From: an uncultured Roseiflexaceae bacterium
GTDB lineage: Bacteria; Chloroflexota; Chloroflexia; Chloroflexales; Roseiflexaceae
Length of the DNA: 64,000 bases
Assembly: GCA_937974195.1 (NCBI GenBank)
Contig: CALJIC010000280.1
Span: forward strand, 70,112 to 134,111
Direction of reading: 5' to 3'
Shown: positions 59,673 to 64,000 of the stretch, piece after piece
Position numbering within the stretch: position 1 is the stretch's first letter
How the letters are laid out: every line of letters starts with the position of its first letter
Notes under the pieces: generated by a model
Told to the model about the DNA's origin: nothing
Seen by the model: only the letters and a program-made list of their open reading frames with translations
Database searches by the model: none
Position numbers and translations under genes: made by a program

Positions 59673-60575
59673 GTGTCTGATCGTTTTGCACTGCTCACCG
59701 CGCAGTTCGATCCCATCTCGCTCGAGGAAATCAATCGACGCGCGGCGCTCCAGACACGCGCAGACAACAAGTACTTCCTGCCGTGGTCGGTGTTCAGCAC
59801 CTTTATGGAGACACTGCAGCGCACGCATGTCATGCTCGACATCGATGGGCAGCGCATCTTCACCTACGACACGCAGTACTTCGATACTGCGGGCCTCCAC
59901 AACTACTGGTGTCACGTGCAGAAGCGCCGCAAGCGCTTCAAGGTGCGGAGCAGGCGGTACGTCGATAACGGCCAGTACTTCTTCGAGATCAAGCTGAAGA
60001 GCGGCCGTGGAGAGACGGTCAAGTACAAGATCAAGTACCGCGAGGAGGACTGGGGCGCAGTCACGCCAGCGGCGGCGGCCTTTCTGAAGGAGTGCCTCCA
60101 CAAGTCTTACGGCATCGAGTTTGCCGAGCCGCTGATGCCGACGGTTCGAACGGTGTACCAGCGCATCACCGTGATGGCGCTGGACAACAGCGAGCGGATC
60201 ACCTGCGACTTCAACCTTGCCTTCGGGGCCAGCAACCGCTGGCAGGGCCGCATGGCCGACGACTACGTGCTGGTGGAGACGAAGTCGGCGCGCGGGCGCG
60301 GGAAAGCGGACCAGCTCTTGTGGCGCCTAGGGGCACGGCCGACCTCGGGCAGCAAGTACTGCCTGGGTGTCTCCCTGATCTGGCCGAATGTCCGCTGCAA
60401 CCCCTTTTACAAGGTCCGCAAGAGCTACTTCGTTCGCGAGGCGGACGGCGAGGCAGGCGAGCGCTTCTACGAGCCGCCAGCGGCGGCGGTTGTTGCACGC
60501 GCACTCGGCGAGACGCAGGCGGCTGTGCCTAGCTCTATGCCGGTGCCGAGCACTGCCTCGATGCTGTTCGAATAA
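59673..60575 (+). CDS. VTC-domain (polyphosphate polymerase-type triphosphate-tunnel) protein
   Basis: 300 aa. AGGAGG RBS. Basic-residue-rich beta-strand pattern (NKYFLPW, KRRKRFKVRSRRYVDNGQYFFEIKLKSGRGETVKYKIKY, VLVETKSARGRGKAD) typical of CYTH/VTC tunnel folds. Confidence 0.55.
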   Translation: MSDRFALLTAQFDPISLEEINRRAALQTRADNKYFLPWSVFSTFMETLQRTHVMLDIDGQRIFTYDTQYFDTAGLHNYWCHVQKRRKRFKVRSRRYVDNGQYFFEIKLKSGRGETVKYKIKYREEDWGAVTPAAAAFLKECLHKSYGIEFAEPLMPTVRTVYQRITVMALDNSERITCDFNLAFGASNRWQGRMADDYVLVETKSARGRGKADQLLWRLGARPTSGSKYCLGVSLIWPNVRCNPFYKVRKSYFVREADGEAGERFYEPPAAAVVARALGETQAAVPSSMPVPSTASMLFE

Positions 60576-60752
60576 GACCATCCTAGCGACAGAGGAAGGC
60601 AGGCTTGAGCTGCTGCCTGGGGATCTGGCAGTGGCTTGGCTCACTCATGCCTGGAAGCGGCTCCCTGCCGGCGCAGCGCCGCGCCGGTGACCCCAAAGAC
60701 GGTTACACGGTCAGAAGCTAGCCATTGCCGGCTATCCGCACAGGAGTGGCGT

Positions 60753-63700
60753 ATGCGTTCACAACCTGCCAGACTTGCAACTTTATTCATCTTCCTGCTG
60801 GCATTGATCTGCACAGCCGCTGCGCCCTTCCCAGCCAGTGCGCAGACCGTCGCCGCCCCGCCCGCCTTCAGCGTGCCGCGAGGGTTTTATGACACTGCGT
60901 TTAACTTGAGCCTGAGCAGCCCAGGGGCGACTATTCGCTACACCTTGGACGGCAGCACCCCCAGCCCGACCCACGGCACGGTGTACGCCGGCCCGATCCG
61001 GATCGACACCACGACGGTAGTGCGCGCGATCGCCTACATCACGCCGGCGAACCGCTCGCCGGTGGTGACGCACACCTACATCTTCCTTGACGCGGTGCGC
61101 GGCCAGCCTGACTCGCCGCCCCCCGGGTGGCCTTCGATATTTGCGCTTCGAGACCTGGACGGCGAGTACCCGGCCGACTACGGGATGGACCCGGAGGTGA
61201 CCGAGTACCCTGACAACGCCTCCAAGTTCGACGCGGTCATGAAGTCGCTGCCGACGCTGTCGCTCGTCACCGACCTGCCGTACCTGTGGAGCCCGGCCTA
61301 CGGCATCTACTTCAACCCTGAGGCGAAGGAGACCCCCCAGCGGCCCGACCCGCTCGGCACGCGCTGGGAGCGCCCGGTCTCGCTTGAGTGGATCAACCCG
61401 GACGGCACCACCGGCTTTGCGCAGATGGCCGGCGCGAGCATCGACGGCGAGACCAGCCGCCGGCCGCACCGCCAGCCCAAGAAGAACTTCCGCATCTCCT
61501 TCGGCGCGCCCCACGGCACCGCCGCGCTGGACTTCGAGCTGTTCGACACCAGCACCAGCCTTCCGGCCGGGGCGTTCGAGCAGATCGTGCTGCGCAACGG
61601 CGGCAACCGCTCGTGGTCGTACTTCGACCGCGACCAGCGCCGCGAGGCCGACTACATCAACGACGAGTGGGCCCGCCGGGCGTGGCTCGCGATGGGCAAC
61701 CTGGCGCCGCGCGGCACCTACGTCCACCTGTACATCAACGGGCTGTACTGGGGCCTCTACAACGTCACCGAGCGGCTCGACGGCAGCTTCCTGCAGTCGT
61801 ACCTCGGGGGCACCGCCGCCGACTACGACGTCCTGCAGGCCAGCGACGACGCCAGCAACAGCCCCACCGCCATCGCTGGCACCGTGGACGCCTGGAACGA
61901 GCTGCTCGCGCTCGTCTCCGGCACCGACCCGATCGACAACACGCTGTACCAGCAGATCAAGACCCGGGTGGACGTGGTCAACCTGGCGGACTACTTCGTC
62001 CACGCGCACTACATCGGCAAGACCGACTGGCCGTTCCACAACTGGAACGCCTATCGCGCGCGCACCGGCACGGACACCCGCTTCAAGTTCGCGCCGATGG
62101 ACAACGACACCGGGCTGAACAAGGTGACCGAGAACACCACCAACCTGACCGACGACGTCGGTGCGCCGGATGCGCCAGAGTATGTGTTCCGGCGGCTGAC
62201 CACCAACCCTGAGTTCCGCCAGGTGCTGGCCGACCGGCTCTACAAGCACGTGGTCGCCCCCGGTGGCGCGCTGACGCCAGCGGCGTGCTCGGCGCTCTAC
62301 AGCGAGCTGGCCGACATCGTCGACCAGGCGGTGATCGGCGAGTCGGCCCGCTGGGGCGATTACATGCGGGACAAGTACCCGCTGACCAACAACGCGCCGA
62401 AGGGGTGGCCGGCCTACCTGCACAGCCGCGACCTGCCGAACAGCTACACCGACCCGGCCAATCAGGTGAACGATGTCGACCAGAAGACCTGGGTGCAGGT
62501 GCGCAATGAGAAGCTCAACAACTACTGCCCCCAGCGCAGCACCAACGTGGTGAACCAGTACGTCACTAACGGCTGGTACCAGACGGCGCCGCAGCCCCCG
62601 GCGATCTCGCAGCCCGGCGGGATGATTAACTCCGGCGGCACGGTCACGCTGAGCAACTCGCCCAACGGCAACGCGGGCACGATCTACTACACCACCAACG
62701 GCGTCGACCCGCGCGCCGAGGGTGGCGCGCTCGCGCCCGGCGCGCAGAACGGCGGCAGCAACTCGGTCAACATCACGATCTCGGCCACCACCACGATCAA
62801 GGCGCGCGTGCAGAACGGCGGCAACTGGAGCCCGCTGCTGGAGTACACCTTCTACATCTCGCAGCCGTTCCAGAACCTGGTAATCAACGAGATCCACTAC
62901 AACCCGGTCGTGTCGTCCGACCAGGCGGGGCAGAACCCGGATGACTTCGAGTTCATCGAGCTTCACAACCGCGGCGGGTCCTCGATCCGGCTGGACTACG
63001 TGTCGTTCTCGGACGGCATCTACTTCAAGTTCCCGGCCAACACCACGCTGGGCGCGAATCAGTACCTGGTGCTCGCCAGCAACGCGGCCAGCTTCCAGTC
63101 GCGCTACGGGTTCGCGCCGTTCGGCGAGTTCACCGGCAGCCTCTCGGACGCCGGCGAGACCATCACGCTGGTCGACCCGGTCGGCGGGGTGATCGATACA
63201 GTCTCGTACCTGCCCGTCTCGCCCTGGCCGGCCGGCGCGAACGGCAGCGGCGGCTCGCTGAGCCTGAACGCGCCGGCGCTGGACAACAGCGTGGCGGCCA
63301 ACTGGTCCACCTCGACGATCACCGGCGGCACGCCCGGCGCCGCGAACAACAGCTCGATGGGCAAGACGGTGCCGCAGGTCAGCTGGGCCAACCCGGCGCC
63401 GATCACCTACGGTCAGCCGCTGACTCCTGTGCAGCTGAGCGCGGTCGCGACTGACAATGGGGATGAGGTGCAGGGCACCTGGACCTACAGCCCGCCGCTG
63501 GGCACGGTGCTGAAGGCCGGCAACGGCCAGGTGCTGCGGGCCATCTTCCTGCCGGAAAACACGGCCCAGTACGCCAGTGTGAACGCGACCGTGTTCATCG
63601 ACGTGGCCAAGGCGCCGCTGACGATCGCCGCGGATAACAAGGTGAAGCAGGCCGGCGCGCCGAACCCGCCGCTGACGGCCACCTACACCGGGCTCGTCAA

Positions 63701-64000
63701 CGGCGACACGCCCGACAGCCTGGACGTGCCGCCGACGCTGAGCACGACGGCGACGACCAGCAGCCCGGCGGGCCAGTACCCGATCATCGTCTCGGGCGCG
63801 TCGGACCCGAACTACGACATCACCTTCGTTGACGGGACGCTCACCGTCACGCAGAAGAGCGTTCCGGCGATCAGCTGGAGCTCTCCGGCGCCGATCACCT
63901 ACGGGACGGCGCTCAGCAGCGCGCAGCTCAACGCGACGGCCACCCACAACGGGCAGCCGGTGGCCGGGAGCTTCAGCTACGACCCGCCGGCGGGGACGGT
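60753..64000 (+). CDS. CotH-kinase-family secreted protein with lamin-tail (LTD) and MBG-type repeat domains (3' partial, runs off window)
   Basis: Not in the ORF track because no stop falls within the window. It is the frame-3 reading from the ATG with an AGGAG RBS. Signal peptide MRSQPARLATLFIFLLALICTAAAPFPASAQ. CotH core (WxxxxxxNG.YxG.Y.V.ERLD, DYINDEWARRAW). LTD (NLVINEIHYNP...DFEFIELHN...GETITLVDP). Repeated YTGLVNGDTPD/YDITF MBG-like segments. Confidence 0.75.
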   Translation, partial: MRSQPARLATLFIFLLALICTAAAPFPASAQTVAAPPAFSVPRGFYDTAFNLSLSSPGATIRYTLDGSTPSPTHGTVYAGPIRIDTTTVVRAIAYITPANRSPVVTHTYIFLDAVRGQPDSPPPGWPSIFALRDLDGEYPADYGMDPEVTEYPDNASKFDAVMKSLPTLSLVTDLPYLWSPAYGIYFNPEAKETPQRPDPLGTRWERPVSLEWINPDGTTGFAQMAGASIDGETSRRPHRQPKKNFRISFGAPHGTAALDFELFDTSTSLPAGAFEQIVLRNGGNRSWSYFDRDQRREADYINDEWARRAWLAMGNLAPRGTYVHLYINGLYWGLYNVTERLDGSFLQSYLGGTAADYDVLQASDDASNSPTAIAGTVDAWNELLALVSGTDPIDNTLYQQIKTRVDVVNLADYFVHAHYIGKTDWPFHNWNAYRARTGTDTRFKFAPMDNDTGLNKVTENTTNLTDDVGAPDAPEYVFRRLTTNPEFRQVLADRLYKHVVAPGGALTPAACSALYSELADIVDQAVIGESARWGDYMRDKYPLTNNAPKGWPAYLHSRDLPNSYTDPANQVNDVDQKTWVQVRNEKLNNYCPQRSTNVVNQYVTNGWYQTAPQPPAISQPGGMINSGGTVTLSNSPNGNAGTIYYTTNGVDPRAEGGALAPGAQNGGSNSVNITISATTTIKARVQNGGNWSPLLEYTFYISQPFQNLVINEIHYNPVVSSDQAGQNPDDFEFIELHNRGGSSIRLDYVSFSDGIYFKFPANTTLGANQYLVLASNAASFQSRYGFAPFGEFTGSLSDAGETITLVDPVGGVIDTVSYLPVSPWPAGANGSGGSLSLNAPALDNSVAANWSTSTITGGTPGAANNSSMGKTVPQVSWANPAPITYGQPLTPVQLSAVATDNGDEVQGTWTYSPPLGTVLKAGNGQVLRAIFLPENTAQYASVNATVFIDVAKAPLTIAADNKVKQAGAPNPPLTATYTGLVNGDTPDSLDVPPTLSTTATTSSPAGQYPIIVSGASDPNYDITFVDGTLTVTQKSVPAISWSSPAPITYGTALSSAQLNATATHNGQPVAGSFSYDPPAGT

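Noticed and set aside
60783-63947. 1054-aa minus-strand ORF
   Set aside because: Antisense to the CotH-family gene, whose plus-frame translation gives clear CotH, LTD and MBG motifs with a signal peptide and RBS. The plus-frame ORF is missing from the track only because it has no stop inside the window.

Overview
This is a high-GC (about 68-70%) chromosomal window that contains the replication origin. The gene order is pepQ-like, scpB, an intergenic region carrying at least three consensus DnaA boxes (TTATCCACA) plus an AT-rich stretch, then dnaA. The taxon is uncertain; the content suggests a monoderm, Chloroflexota- or Actinomycetota-like. Housekeeping content includes a malate synthase tail, two large sensor histidine kinases, an M24 peptidase, an SDR, an LmbE/PIG-L deacetylase, a cupin, an aldehyde dehydrogenase, a split XdhC chaperone with a MocA-like cytidylyltransferase, a flotillin/NfeD pair, and a DUF4956/VTC/CotH-kinase triad that runs off the 3' end.

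The most striking feature is an uninterrupted minus-strand array of about 28.5 kb (5538..34017) with short or overlapping junctions. It joins two modules:
- A type IV secretion-like module: a VirD4/TraG-family coupling ATPase, a VirB4/TrbE-like ATPase with a separate 224-aa partner, small VirB3-like and VirB2-like membrane proteins, a polytopic VirB6-like protein, a dual-domain M23 + NlpC/P60 cell-wall hydrolase, and an FtsK-like protein with a degenerate P-loop.
- A complete Tad/Flp pilus assembly module: TadB-like, TadC-like, two CpaF-type ATPases (one with a long TPR/coiled-coil tail), a CpaE/TadZ-like ATPase, CpaB and two TadE-like pseudopilins, headed by a 1430-aa repeat-rich surface adhesin.

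No relaxase, integrase, replication gene, tRNA or flanking repeat was seen, so it does not look like a canonical ICE.

Domain calls were made by eye from the translations, with no searches run. Start coordinates refined by hand may be off by a few nucleotides. Many long antisense ORFs in the supplied track are GC-driven artefacts and were rejected.
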